The position numbers and the translations under genes are program-made. A stretch of DNA of 64,000 nt from positions 1 through 64,000 of the forward strand of contig VJWM01000106.1 of NCBI GenBank assembly GCA_010909165.1. Reading direction: 5' to 3'. Shown one piece after another: positions 11,454 through 24,478 of the stretch. Every line of letters starts with the position of its first letter. Positions within the stretch are counted from its first letter, which is position 1. The notes under the pieces are model-generated. The model worked only from the letters and a program-made list of their open reading frames with translations. It was not told the DNA's origin and ran no database searches. Source of the stretch: Anthoceros angustus (Eukaryota > Plantae > Anthocerotophyta).

Positions 11454-13855
11454 AACACGATAATTTTTGAAGGGGGGGATATACTGACCCCCTTCGGCCG
11501 AGACAGCACCCCCTTGTCACGAAGAACACCTTTCCTAGAACAGCATATGTGCCCTACTTTGATAATGCACACACCCTTTCGAGGTCATATCTGATAAAAG
11601 ATGCACTTTCAAGTCTACACCCGAGAACTGGAGCACAATAGGGTGTGGGCCCGTCTTTTGTAGAATGCATAGAGGGCTGCCATTTTCATATGTTTATTAC
11701 AACCGAAAACTTTTACTTTCAAGTGGTGGAACACAATGAAAACAATCTTGTACTAGCGGAGTCTTATTTCAATGGTCGTGAGAACATTGCAACAAACAAC
11801 CGCTAAAGGAAGAAGTGGTCATCGATCGACAATAGTCATTCAAGAGTGCGGCCCGACGACTCATCCATGCCTTGCGCCAACCGAGTCACCACCGCCATAT
11901 TCGGAGGCGGTCCATATCCTCCGCCTCGTTGTCGCTCTCTCCATTGCTTGCTCCTTCAATAGTACCATTCTTGGGCTCGTCGACGGTGTCGCCACACAAA
12001 GATCTAGCATCCGGCCGACCCTCATCCAAAAGGTCGCCACCGTGGTCTTCAACCTTCCGCACTCAATGCAACCACTTGGGCTTTAAGGCAATGCCAGCGT
12101 CCTTAAAATGAACAAAGTTAGTTGCCCATGCGCCCATGCAAGCATCCTTAAAATCAACAAAATTGAGTTGTTAGGAAGATACGGGTTTGAACACGCAACC
12201 TATTCATTACTACACTTATTTCCCAAACACTTGACCAACAATCCCAAGTTGCAACTCTTGAGGCTAAATATTTTCTTGAAGACAGCCTATGAGGATGGGC
12301 GCCGGCCGGCGCCCATGGGTGGCAGTGTGCTAGGGGCGCCGGGCCAGCCATGGCGGCGTGTGGGGGCGGCCGGCCGGCGCAGTGTGCTAGGGGAGCGCCG
12401 GCGGCGGTGCCCATGGGCGGTGTGCTAGGGGAGGCGCCGGCGGCGCGCCATGGGCGGTGTGCTAGGGGAGGCCCGGCCGGCGGCGCCATGGGCGGTGTGC
12501 TAGGGGCGCCGTGGCGGCCCAGCCGCGGCGGGCGTGTTGGCGCGTGGCGGCATGGGCGGTGTGCTAGGGGCGGCCCGGCGCCATGGGCGGTGTGCTAGGG
12601 GGCGGCCGGCGCGCCAAGCGAGATCTTGGGAGGCGGCCGGTCGGCGGCGCCCTCCTATCCGGTGCATCGGGTGAAGCTAGGGGGACAAGAAGGAGCGGGT
12701 ATCCTATCACCGATGGAAGGTGTGGCCCATTTGCGGGAAGGGTTAAAAGATTTGCGTCCATAAGTGTTGTTGAAGAGTACAAGTGGTGGGAAGCCTTTTG
12801 GGTGGACGGAAGGAGATTGCTATCATTGTGGAGAATAACATTGGGCTAGTGCTACGGCGTCCTTGGAAGTGGTTTTCACGTGTAGAAGTGGATCATCTGA
12901 CTGACCACTTCAAGTGCGGATGAAGCTTTGCTAGATGAGGCATTATTGAGGACCTCCACGTGATATGTACTTGGGGCATATCAAAATGCGGGAAGGCAAG
13001 CTGGGAAATGGCACGGATGAATGGGGACATAGCAATCCGAGAGGGATGTTTACGGCGGTGCCGTGCAATACGGACGCATACTAGGCCATTACGGATTGGG
13101 AGGTCATTGGCGTGAAGCTAAGCACCACGACCTCACTTTCTTATCCAGTATCGGACCGAGCACATAGATGCGTATGAAGGGAGATATGCGAGGAATACAT
13201 AGTCACCGGTGGTAACCCATCGGTCCAATGCCGAGGAAAAAGGGAATAAGGTCCATTACCTAAAAACATACGGAGGTATTTGTAGATGAAAGCAGTCATC
13301 ACTGTATTATGGGTTTGTGTTGAGCATAGGAAACATGTCATGTCACGGTGGACAAAAGCGATAAGGGATAAGCTCTGCGAGTTGCGTGGCTTCATACAAC
13401 TGCGAGTCAAAGTGCGCGAAGATAGTGATGACAATGCGGGAGAAAATTTGGACCAAGTGATGACGATGGATTGAACTCGGGATGAGTGGCGAAATCTCGT
13501 TTTCCGGGGTCCCGAGTTAATGTTGTAAGTCCGGTTCTTGATGTTTACGTTAGGAATATACATAGTGGCTTTTGTGGTGTCATAACAAAACCACATTTCC
13601 ATCCCAAAGCGAGTTCTGATCGTCCACGAGCAGCCTTCCTCACCGTTCCTACTTTGCATCATTCCCTAGGTTCGAGTTTGCGACCACCATTCGACACAAA
13701 CATTCTTTGGATGGAAAGTAGTAACTTTCTTGGGTGACACCCTTTTTTATGTTTTCATAATGCCTTCAAAAGCATTTTAGGGCCCATCAAAACCCCCCTT
13801 AGATTATTTGCGGAAAACCCCTTGAGATTATTAACCCCTTCAAAATTATCGTGTT
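11454..13855. mobile_element. ~2.4 kb TIR element inserted in the MULE transposase
   Basis: Left aacacgataatttttgaagggg and right ccccttcaaaattatcgtgtt are inverted repeats flanked by TTT; removing the element rejoins the frame as DGPTFVKS (using the 16225+ copy of the right flank). Confidence 0.75.
12300..12610. repeat. GC-rich minisatellite (~35-40 bp unit, core ccatgggcggtgtgctagggg)
   Basis: About 8-9 degenerate tandem copies. Confidence 0.9.
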
Positions 13856-14000
13856 TTTGTAAGAGTTGTATTGATCGGACGTTGATCTATACCATCTTCA
13901 AGTGCAGTTGACTTCTTGTAATTGTCCCAGGCACTGTGGTTTCTCTTTGCAAGCACCAAGCTAAGATATTACACCTCAAAGGGAACCGTATCCACACCGA
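13856..14000 (+). pseudogene. MULE fragment 2: SWIM zinc finger
   Basis: SCNCP...GFLCKHQAKILHL (CxC-n-CxH); the duplicate at 16225-16363 reads FVKSYLNRTLIYTIFN...CPGGTRGFFCKHQAKILHLKG. Confidence 0.7.
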
Positions 14001-14169
14001 CACTACTAGGGAGGGGTGTACAAAACCTTTGCAAATCCCCCAATCTTTACAAGCGTCTAAACACCTCCGTTGTAAATTGGTTTGAGTTTGATGTGGCAAG
14101 TTTTAAGACTCGGTTTTAGCGGGGTTTCTAGTTGGATGATGTGGCACTCTTTTGGGTGCTCATTTACAA

Positions 14170-14870
14170 CAACGGATTGATGACGTGGCTCCCACGTTGT
14201 AGATTACGTTGTAAAAGCTTTTTCAAAATTTGATCTTTATTTTTCTAAAATCTTTATTAACATCACTAATCACAAAAATATGATTGGAAGCCATTTACAA
14301 TAGATGTGATGACGTGGCTCCTTGTTGTAGATTACGTTAAAAGCCTTTTCTCAAAATTTGTTCTTTATTTCTTCAAAACTCTTTGTTATTATTATTAACC
14401 ACAAAAATATGATTGGAAGCCATTTACAAAGATGCATGACGTGGCTCCTTGTTGTAGATTACGTTGTAAAAGCCTTTTCTCAAAATTTGTTCTTTATTTC
14501 TTCAAAACTCTTTATTATTATTATTAATCACAAAAATATGATTGGAGGCCATTTACAACAGCGATTGATGACATGGCTCCCTTGTTGTAGATTACGTTGT
14601 AAAACATTTTTCTCAAAATGTGTTCTTTATTTGTTTAACTCTTTATTATTATTATTAATCACAAAAATATGATAGGAGGCCATTTACAACAGCGATTGAT
14701 GACATGGCTCCCTTGTTGTAGATTACGTTGTAAAGTAATTTTCTCAAAATGTGTTCTTTATTTTTTAAACTCTTTATTATTGTTATTAATCACAAAAATA
14801 TGATAGGAGGCCATTTACAAGATTGATGACGTGATTCCCTTGTTGTAGATTATTGTAAAGCATTTTTCTT
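14170..14870. repeat. ~130 bp AT-rich tandem array (5-6 copies); also at 16535-17220 and, inverted, 50230-50830
   Basis: Unit gattgatgacgtggctcccttgttgtagattacgttgtaaaa...aatcacaaaaatatgattggaagccatttacaac recurs about every 126-131 bp. Confidence 0.9.
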
Positions 14871-15169
14871 CAAAATGTGAGGCGGGAGGCTATTTTAAAT
14901 TTGATTGGGGTTATTTTGTGGGGGCATGATGAACGTCCATTCAAGAGTACGGAGGCGTGCCACTCGGCTGACTCCATTAATCCCAGCCCTTACACACACC
15001 CGGCATGGAGAGGGAAAAAGTTGAGAGGGGCTGCTAGTGCTCTAATACTAGTACGTCACGCTCTTTAGCATTTTCTTTAGTGTTCTTATTGGCGGTACCA
15101 CCTCTATGCCCACAAGCAAGCGCCGCGCCTGCGATGGTACATGTTCGTATACATGCTTATTTCGCAGGG

Positions 15170-15488
15170 GCCATTGTATGGCCAGCCATTGTCGGGCGTT
15201 AGCCACCGTTAGCGTTAATTGGGTGCCATTGTTGGGCGTTGGGCACCATTGTCGCTTAATCGGCGCCATTGTTAGGCGCCATTGGGGCCATTGTTAGCGC
15301 CATTGTTGGGCGTTAATTGGGCGCCATTGTTGGGTGTTGGCGCCATTGTTGGCGCCATTGTTGGCGTTAATTGGGCCATAGCGTTAATTGTTACGCCATT
15401 GTTGGGCTATTTGCCATTGTATGGCGCCATTGTTGTTAGGCGCCATTGTTGGGCCATTGTTGTTAGGCGCCATTATTATTGGGTGTTG
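15170..15488. repeat. GGGCGCCATTGTT / GGGCGTTAATT satellite
   Basis: Short degenerate units in tandem; the same satellite is at 17500-18330, 20123-20850 and, inverted, 49250-49900. Confidence 0.9.
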
Positions 15489-17600
15489 GCGTGAAGCTAA
15501 CGCACCACGACCTCACTTTCTTATCCATCGGACCGAGCACATAGATGCGTATGAAGGGAGATATGTGCGGGGAATACATAGTCCGAGTGGTAACCCATCC
15601 GGTCCAATCTTAGGAAAAAGGGAATAAGGTCCATTACCTAAAAACATACGAGGTATTTGTGAATGAAAGCAGTCATCGTATTATGGGTTTGTGTTGAGCG
15701 CGGAAACATCGTCAGCGGTGGACAAAAGCGATAAGGGATAAGCTCTGCGAGTTGCGTGGCTTCATACAACTGCGAGTCAAAGTGTCGTGAAGATAGTGAT
15801 GACAATGGAGGAAAGTGGACCAAGTGATGACGATGGATTGAACTCGGGGATGAGTGGGAAATCTCGTTTTCCGGGGTCCCGAGTTAATGTTGTAAGTCCG
15901 TTCTTGATGTTTACGTGTTGAAATACCTGTCGTGGCTTTTGTGGTGTCATAACAAAACCACATTTCCATCCCAGTTCTGATCGTCGGCGAGCGGCCTTCC
16001 TCACCGTTCCTACTTTGCATCATTCCCTAGGTTCGAGTTTGCGACCACCATTCGACACAAACATTCTTTGGATGGAAAGTAGTAACTTTCTTTGGTGACA
16101 CCCTTTTTCGGTTTTCCAATGCCTTCAAAACTTTAGGGCCCATCAAAACCCCTTCGAGATTATTTGCGGAAAACCCCTTGAGATTATTAACCCCTTCAAA
16201 AATTATCGTGTTTTTGTAAAGAGTTATCTTTAATCGGACGTTGATCTATACCATCTTCAACAGTGGCAGTTGGACTTCTTTATGGTGTCCCGGAGGCACT
16301 CGGGGTTTCTTTTGCAAGCACCAAGCCAAGATATTACACCTCAAGGGGCTGGTATCCACACGACACTACTAGAGAGGGTGTATTACAAACCCCTTTGCAA
16401 ATCCCAATCTTTAACGTCTAAACACCTCCGTTGTAAATTGGTTTTGAGTTTCGATGTGGCAAGTTTTAAGACTCGGTTTACAGGGGTTTCTAGTTGGATG
16501 ATGTGGCACTCTTTTGGGTGCTCATTTACAACAACGGATTGATGGCGTGGCTCCCACGTTGTAGATTACGTTGTAAAAGCTTTTTTTGATCTTTATTTTC
16601 TAAAATCTTTATTAACATCACTAATCACAAAAATATGATTGGAAGCCATTTACATATGTGATACGTGGCTCCTTGTTGTAGATTACGTTGTAAAAGCCTT
16701 TTTCTCAAAATTTGTTCTTTATTTTTCTAAAAACTTTTGTTATTATTATTAATCACAAAAATATGATTGGAAGCCATTTACAACAGCATGCGATGACGTG
16801 GCTCCCTTGTTGTAGATTACGTTGTAAAAGCCTTTTTCTCAAAATTTGTTCTTTATTTCTTCAAAACTCTTTATTATTATTATTAATCACAAAAATATGA
16901 TTGGAGGCCATTTACAGCGATTGATGACATGGCTGTTGTAGATTACGTTGTAAAACATTTTTCTCAAAATGTGTTCTTTATTTGTTTAACTCTTTATTAT
17001 TATTATTAATCACAAAAATATGATAGGAGGCCATTTACAACGATTGATGACATGGCTTCCTTGTTGTAGATTACGTTGTAAAGTAATTTTCTCAAAATGT
17101 GTTCTTTATTTTTTAAACTCTTTATTATTATTAATCACAAAAATATGATAGGAGGCCATTTACAACGATTGATGACGTGATTCCCTTGTTGTAGATTACG
17201 TTGTAAAGCATTTTTCTTCAAAATGTGAGGCGGGAGGGCTATTTTAAATTTGATTGGGGTTATTTTGTGGGGGCATGATGAGCCGTCCATTCAAAATGCG
17301 AGGCGTGCCACTCGGCTTCGCACTCCATTAATCCCGGCCCTTACACGATCATGGAGAGGGAAAAAGTTGAGAGGGGCCGCTAGTGCTCTAATACTAATTC
17401 ACGCTCTTTAGCATTTTCTTTAGTGTTCTTATTGTGGCGGTACCACCTCTATGCCCACAAGCAAAGTGCCCGATGGTACATGTTCGTACATGCTTACCTT
17501 TCGCGAGCCATTGTATGGCCAGCCATTGTCGGGCGTTGGCGCCCTTTGGCGTTAATTGGGTGCCATTGTTGGGCGTTGGGCACCATTGTCGGCGTTATGG
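15489..17600. repeat. Staggered direct duplication of 13110-15488
   Basis: ggcgtgaagcta...cacgacctcactttcttatcc restarts at about 15490; includes second copies of the TIR end, SWIM and CACTA left end. Confidence 0.85.
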
Positions 17601-19284
17601 CGGGCGCCATTGTTAGGCGTTAATTGGCGCCATTGTTGGGCGTTAGGCGCCATTGTTGGGCGTTAATTGGCGCCATTGTTGGGCGTGTTGGCGCCATTGT
17701 TGGGTGTTGGCGCCATTGTTGGGCGTTAATTGGGCGCCATTGTTGTTGGGCGTTAGCGCCATTGTTGGGCGTTATTGTTGGGCACCATTGTTGGCGCCAT
17801 TGTTGGGCATTAATTGGGCGCCATTGTTGGGCGTTAGGCGCCATTATTATTGGGTTATTTGGGCACCATTTGTAGCCAGCCATTGTCGGGCATTGGGCGC
17901 CATTGTTGGGCATTATGGGCGCCATTGGGCATTAGGCGCCATTGTTGGGCATTGGCGCCATGGTGGGCATTGGGCGCCATTGTTAGGGTTGGGCGCCATT
18001 ATTGTTGGGCGTTGGGCACCATCGAATGGCAAGCCATTGTCGGGCGTTGGGCGCCATTGTATGGCAAGCCATTGACGGGTGCCATAGTTAGGCATTAATT
18101 AGGCGCCATTATTGTTGGGCGTTGGGCACCTTTGAATGGCAAGCCATTGTCGGGCGTTGGGCGCCATTGTATGACAAGCCATTGACAGGCGCCATAGTTA
18201 GGCATTAATTGGGCGCCATTATTGTTGGGCGTTGGGCACCATTGAATGACAAGCCATTGTTGGGCGTTGGGCGCCATTGTATGACAAGCCATTGACGGGC
18301 CCTGGGCACCATTGTATAGCCGATCATATTTGTCGGGCGCAAGCACGGTTAACATTTCATCTTGGAAGGTTGATTATCTTTGTTTATCCAGAGAAAGGCT
18401 AGACAAGCTATAGCTTGGCATGGTTACTCTTTGCTACCATTGGCAAAAGTACCCATGGAAATTGGATCACGATGACAAAGGCATTGTAAGGTGTACAAAT
18501 CAATTGGGAGTATGTTGAAAAGGGACTCATAATGCGAGTCCGCCTCATCGATACATGTTCGAGTTCCCACGTTCGCGTCTTGGAAATTTGAATCGGTGTA
18601 TATTAGTAAATAGATTGGGGGTTTAGATTTTGATGGGGAGGTGGCGGTTCCGCCTTTTTGGGAGCCATATGAAGTTCTAATGCTTCCATATAGTCTTTTA
18701 ATCATCTAGTTAGCCTTGGCTAGATTCGGATCTTCTTTGTAGTCACTCGTCTCGGCCGAATTTACTTTGTGATTAAACTTCTCTAGAAAATTCATGCCCT
18801 CATTACATTTCTTACTAGCAAAAGTATAGCATGTTTGAAAGCTCTAGGCGGTTCCTCGGAAAATCTCTGAAGATTACTTCAAGGATAAGTATGTCTTTGT
18901 AAGGTTGTAGCATATTGTAAAAAATCGTTGTAAATAGACCCACTTTACAACCTAGTTGCCGGACTACAACCTCCTAATAACAACCTATTTTACAACCTAG
19001 ATTACAAGGCAACACCACGTTGTAAATGGCGTTGTCATTTAGGTTGTAAAGCAGCCGAACGTTGTAAATGACGTTGTAAACGGCCACCGACACCTTACCC
19101 GTCCGGTTGGGTGGCGTGCCGCCCGTCGGCAACTTGATGACGTGGCAATCTTGCCTGCCACGTCAGCATTTTTACAACCTAGTTAAGCTGTCAGTTTACA
19201 AATGTGTAAATGCCCGTTTTTACAACGTGAGGTTGTAAATTACGTTGTAAAATGCGTTGTAAAACACCTGCGATTCTTGTAGTG
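16364..19284 (+). mobile_element. Non-autonomous CACTA element, complete copy
   Basis: Left CACTACTAGAGAG at 16364, right end cctgcgattcttgtagtg at 19284; flanks cga / tga (3-bp TSD with one C>T change). Confidence 0.85.
17500..18330. repeat. GGCGCCATTG satellite inside the CACTA
   Basis: Dense tandem of gggcgccattgtt, gggcgttaatt and ccattgtatgacaag units. Confidence 0.9.
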
Positions 19285-20013
19285 TGAGCTAGTTACAGCT
19301 ATGGCTAGAAGAGGACATGTCCATGTCTCTCCGCATTCTGTTGGACCAATACATATGCCTTGTGAACAGGTGGTGCGAGGAGGCGAATGTGCCTATTTTA
19401 CAACTCGTGAAGACAGATCATTTCCTACAGTACGCCATTTGGCAACGTGGAGCCACAAGTGAAGGCCGTTGCTTCATACCGAGCTTGGAAAACATATGGA
19501 AAGAAGTGTGGGAATGGTGCATCGATGCTTCCTTGCTCCAGCATACTCATGCAGCTCTATGTTATTTCTCCAAGTTAAATAGTTGTAGGCACAAAATGTG
19601 CCAATGGTGCAGGTCCACATTTTAAGGCGCCATTTACTCAAGTTGGACAATGGTGTGGAGATTCTTTGAAGAAGGAAAAAAAGTATTGTGGAGATAACTA
19701 CTTGGAAGCACAACATGAAGCCAAAGATGCTAGAGGTGTTGCACCAAGGTGCAAGTAGTTATCTTGAAGAGAGGGAAGGATGAGATTTGTGGCCATTTCA
19801 TGCTTTACTTGGCTATAAATTTTGTAAGATAGGTCATCGAGCCGGTTTCAAACTCATCATGTTTAGCTATCTTTATGCGAACTTGGATATTGATGTTCAT
19901 CAATTGCACGATGAACAATTTGTGCTCTCGAATTTCAAACTTTGAGTCGTGTTCCACACACGTTTACGGAATGAGCTATAGCTCATTCTAGCTCTAGACA
20001 AGCTTCAATTTAA
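19285..20013 (+). pseudogene. Sequence downstream of the CACTA, probable MULE 3' remainder (repeated at 21855-22622 and partly 24725-25107)
   Basis: Continues from the CACTA target site; degenerate ORFs without a recognisable motif. Assignment to the MULE is positional. Confidence 0.45.
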
Positions 20014-20122
20014 TGTTAAGATAACAAGCTCATCACACTTAGGGTTGTATATATTTAATTTAGATTAAATATGTTTAGTTGAAGTGAAATAACATGACTC
20101 TAGGTCATGAGTATTTAAACAC
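20014..20122 (+). repeat. Partial copy of the Copia 5' LTR
   Basis: tgttaagataacaagctc...agtatttaaacac preceded by the same tttaa flank, then jumps into satellite. Confidence 0.85.
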
Positions 20123-21854
20123 GTTAATTGGGTGCCATTGTTGGGCGTTAGCCGAGGCGTTAGCGGGCCAATTGGCGTTAATTGGGCGCCATTGCGTTAA
20201 AGCGCCATTGTTGGGCGTTAATAGCGCCATTGTTGGGTGTTAGGCGCCATTGTTAATTTGGGCGCCATTGTTGGGCGTTAATTGGGCGCCATTGTTGGCG
20301 TTAAAGCGCCATTATTGGGCGTTATTTGGGCGCCATTGTTGAGCGCCATTGTTGGGCATTAATTGGCGCCATTGTTGGGCGTTAGGCGCCATTATTATTA
20401 GGCGTTATTTGGGCACCCATTGGCGGCCAATTGTTGGGCATTAGGCGCCATTGTTATTAGCGTTATTGGGCACCATCTGGCGCCATTGCGTTGGGCGCCA
20501 TAATTGGGCATTAGGCGCCATTGTTAGGCGTATTTAGGCGCCATTATTGTTGGGCGTTGGGCACCATCGAATGGCAAGCCATTGTCGGGCGTTGAGCGCC
20601 ATTGTATGTAGACATTGGACGGGTGCCATAGTTAGGCATTAATTAAGCGCCATTATTGTTGTTGGGCACCTTTGAATAGCAAGCCATTGGCGTTAGGCGC
20701 CATTGTAACCGAGCCATTGACGCCATGGTTAGGCATTAATTGGCGCCATGTTGTTGGGCGTTGGGCACCATTGAATGACAAGCCATTGTTGGGCGTTGGG
20801 CGCCATTGTATGACAAGCCATTGGGCCTGGGCACCATTGTATAGCCGATCATATTTGTCGGGTATGAGCGGTTAACATTTCATCTTGGAAGGTTGATTAT
20901 CTTTGTTTATCGAGGAGAAAGGCTAGACAAGCTATAGCTTGGCATGGTTACTTTCTTTGCCATTGGCAAAAGTACCCATGGAAATTGGATCAACGGTGAC
21001 AAAGGCATTGTAAGGTGTACAAATCAATTGGGAGTATGTTCGAAAAGGGACTCATAGTATGCAGTCCGCCTCATCATGTTCGAGTTCCCACGTTCGAGCG
21101 TCTTGGAAATTTGAATCGGTGTATATTAGTAAATAGATTGGGGGTTTAGATTTTGATGGGGAGGTGGCGGTTCGCCTTTTTGGAGCCATATGAAGTTCTA
21201 ATGCTTCCATATAGTCTTTTAATCATCTAGTTAGCCTTGGCTAGATTACGGATCTTTAGTCATGATCGCTCATCTGCATGACGAATTGACTTTGTGATTA
21301 AACTTCTCTAGAAAATTCATGCCTCATTACATTTCTTACTAGCAAAAAGTATGACATGTTTCGGAAAAGCTCTAGGCCGGTTCCTCGGAAAATCTACTGA
21401 GATTACTTCAAGGATAAGTATGTCTTTGTAAGGTCAGTTGGCAGCGATATTGTAAAATCGTTGTAATAAATAGACCCACTTTACAACCTAGTTAAAATTT
21501 GCCGGACTACAACCTCCTAATATGACCTATTTTACAACTAGATTACAAAGGCGACAGCTCACGCGTTGTAAATGGCGTTGTCATTTAGGTTGTAAGCGCA
21601 ACGGTTTAAGCGTTGTAAATAGCGTTTGGAACATAAAGCAGCTACCGGACACCGGAAGTCTGTTAGGTGATATCAAGCGTACGTGGCGGTCCGACAACTT
21701 GATGGACGATGGCAATTTTGCACGCCAACATTTTAACCTAGTTAGGTATTGTCGGTTTACAAATGTGTAAATACCCGTTTTCAGCACGTGAGGTTACTCC
21801 AGGTAAATTACGTTGTAAAATCGTTTATAAAACAACACTGCGATTCTTGTAGTG
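20123..21854 (+). mobile_element. Duplicate of the CACTA right half
   Basis: Satellite, internal fragment and right terminus cgattcttgtagtg at 21854 with the same tgagctag flank as 19284. Confidence 0.85.
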
Positions 21855-22622
21855 TGAGCTAGTTACGACTATGGCTAGAAGAGGACATGTCCATGTCTCT
21901 CGCGATTACATTGGACCTCAATACATATGCCTTGTGGAGCGAATGTGGTGCAATTTGAGGAGGCGATTGTGCAGGCCTATTTTCAACTCGAGGAAGACAA
22001 CTGAATCATTTCTCTGTTGTTTGCCATTTGGCAACGAGAGCCACAAGTGAGAGTAGTTGTTTCATACCGTAGCTTGGAAAACATATGGAAAGAAGTGTGG
22101 GAATGGTGCATGCGATGCTTCCTTGCTCCAAAGATACTCATGCAGACTTCTATGTTATTTCTCCAAGTTAAATAGTTGTAGGCACAAAATGTGCCAATGG
22201 TGCGAGTATCCACATTTTAAGGCGCCATTTACTCAAGTTGGACAATGGTATGGAGATTCTTTGAAGAGGAAAAGTATTGTGGAGATAACTACTTGGAAGC
22301 TCAGAACCACGGCGAAGCCAAAGATGCTAGAGGTGTTGCACCAAGGTGCTGAAAGTAGTTATCTTGAAGAGAGGAAGGATGAGATTTGTGGCCATTTCAT
22401 GCTTTACTTGGCTATAAATTTTGTAAGATAGGTCATGAAAAGCCGCTTTCAAACTCATCATGTTTAGCTATCTTTATGCGAACTTGATATTGATGTTCAT
22501 CGAATTGCCTGATGAACAATTTGTGCTCTCTGAATTTCAAACTTTGAGTACGTGTTCCACATACGTTTACACGGAATGAGCTATAGCTCATTCTGTAGCT
22601 CTCTAGACAAGCTTCAATTTAA

Positions 22623-22818
22623 TGTTAAGATAACAAGCTCTGTCACACTTAGGGTTGTATATATTTAATTTAGATTAAATATGTTTAGTTGAAGTGAAAT
22701 AACATGACTCTAGGTCATGAGTATTTAAACACATCTTGTAATCTTTTTGTATATTATTATTCATTCAGTTTTGGCAACAACCGCTTGCACAACCTCCACA
22801 TCTTTCACATCCTTCACA
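22623..22818 (+). repeat. Copia 5' LTR
   Basis: TG...CA, followed directly by the PBS. Confidence 0.95.
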
Positions 22819-22830
22819 TGGTATCAGAGC
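22819..22830 (+). promoter_or_regulatory. Primer binding site complementary to the tRNA-iMet 3' end
   Basis: TGGTATCAGAGC directly after the LTR; a degenerate copy tggtatcgagcc is at 25301. Confidence 0.95.
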
Positions 22831-24478
22831 CATGTATCGGCCACACAAGATTTTAGAAAATGCTTAGGCGGGATCACATCTGAGAATCGCTAAGCCGAAG
22901 ACGGGATGGAAGGGGAAATCGCTCCCGTGGGCGTTTTTCTCCCGGATCCCATAACAACTTTTTCGATAAAAAATTGGATACGATTTGAGGATACAATCCC
23001 GACTACGAGGTTGAAGATCTTGTCGGCTGCGTAATACACAAGCGGTGTGGAGGCATGCACGCAGCAAAACTTGAACCCGCGATCACCCATGGAATACGCG
23101 GCAGTGGAACCACCAGACCACACTCGGCTGCTTGGCGATACGTTATCCCTAGAGATACTAGTCTTTGTCGCCGAGACGCGGATCCGTAGAGGATCTCTAC
23201 CCCGCCCCGGCCCGCGCTGCTTGTACAGCCTGCCATCCACACAGCCCCTTCTTCGATCGGTGGCTCCGGGTGATGGAGGCGCAGGAGGCGCTGTGTGAGC
23301 AGCAGGAGGCTTTCTGCAGTTGCTTGGTGGGATTGAGCCCGGCGGAAGGTGGAGGACCGGTGGCTCGGGTGCAACACGAAGGAGCTCGAATCAGCGAATC
23401 GCGTTTTTGCCCGGAGATGATGCGTCGGCACCACCAGAGATGGTGGTGCCTCATCCCCTAGCTTTTGCTTCCGCTGCGAGGGCCGAGACCGAACCGCGCG
23501 CTTCGATCCGCCTTGCATCGCCTCCGGCGGGATGCTCCCGTGATGCTTAGAAGGAGGGCAGCGCCGGATGCAGTGCGGTGCGCGCGCTTGATGCTCCCCG
23601 TGAGTTAGGTTTGGGCTCGCGGGAATTGTGGTGCCTTAATTTGCCTGGGAATTGAGGCGCGGAGGCCATTGCCGCTGCGCATACGTGGGCTTGATCATCT
23701 AACCTACCGAATGCGGATACTACGATTTGCTTGGAGATGCGTGTGGCACCACGAGATGGCGGTGATCTCTAGCCTTGTCCGCAGCGAGTCGCTCTCTCGA
23801 GGACATCGAGAAGCGTGATTATTGGTCCTGGATCCGTGTGTGGTGCGCTAATTTGCCGGTGGCGCCGAGGATCTTGGAGCGGCGCTAGGCTTTCCTGGTG
23901 TTTCCACATTTCTCGATCCATGCAGGCTGTTTGGATAGGATTGATACCGGGTTTTTTTCTCTTTGCCGGCATGTTGCCGCACGAGTGAGCACCTGGCTTG
24001 TGAGGAGGTGTTTCTCTTGTTGTTTCACGTGATGCACGCTTGCTTGCTTGTTTTTTTGTTCGTCCTTTGCTTTAACCTTGTGTGTGCGAGAAGCAGGTAA
24101 CCATCCCCGAGGTCGGGCGATAGCAATCTACCGAACTCCACCAGCCTCACAGACGTAATTAGCATTCTTTTTCTAAAATAGAAAATGTAACCCATTTATT
24201 TCTGAAATATTTATTTTTGAATTTATCCTGTTTTTAAATTAACAAAGGTACATATTTTTTTGCTGCTTCTTCACCTAGCCATAGTCTAGTGGGAGAGCCA
24301 TCGTATGTCACTTTTTGGAGGCAGGGATTCTGTTTTTGAGCACGAAGAGGATTCAGGCTCGTCAGACGACGATCCTCTTCTGGGAGTACACATAAGCACA
24401 CCTAAGACAAATAAAAGAAAAACACAACAGCAAGCCCAACCATTATCACATAGCACAAACACCAACACTCACGTAAAC

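Larger units (their letters stand above)
14001..15488 (+). mobile_element. Non-autonomous CACTA element, left part (first of two staggered copies)
   Basis: Begins CACTACTAGGGAG, followed by ttgtaaa/tttacaa subterminal motifs, a 130-bp array and GGCGCCATTG satellite; jumps back to 13110-like sequence at 15489. Confidence 0.8.

Noticed and set aside
14170-14870. 130-bp array, and the 30-33 bp arrays at 45770-46250 and 48690-48925, as CRISPR arrays
   Set aside because: Whole units repeat with no unique spacers, there are no cas genes, and the context is eukaryotic TE.
17620-18355. ORFs with NNGAQ/WRHCW peptide repeats (also 15282-15627, 49255-49800, 12154-12849)
   Set aside because: They are translations of satellite DNA that lacks stop codons in some frames.
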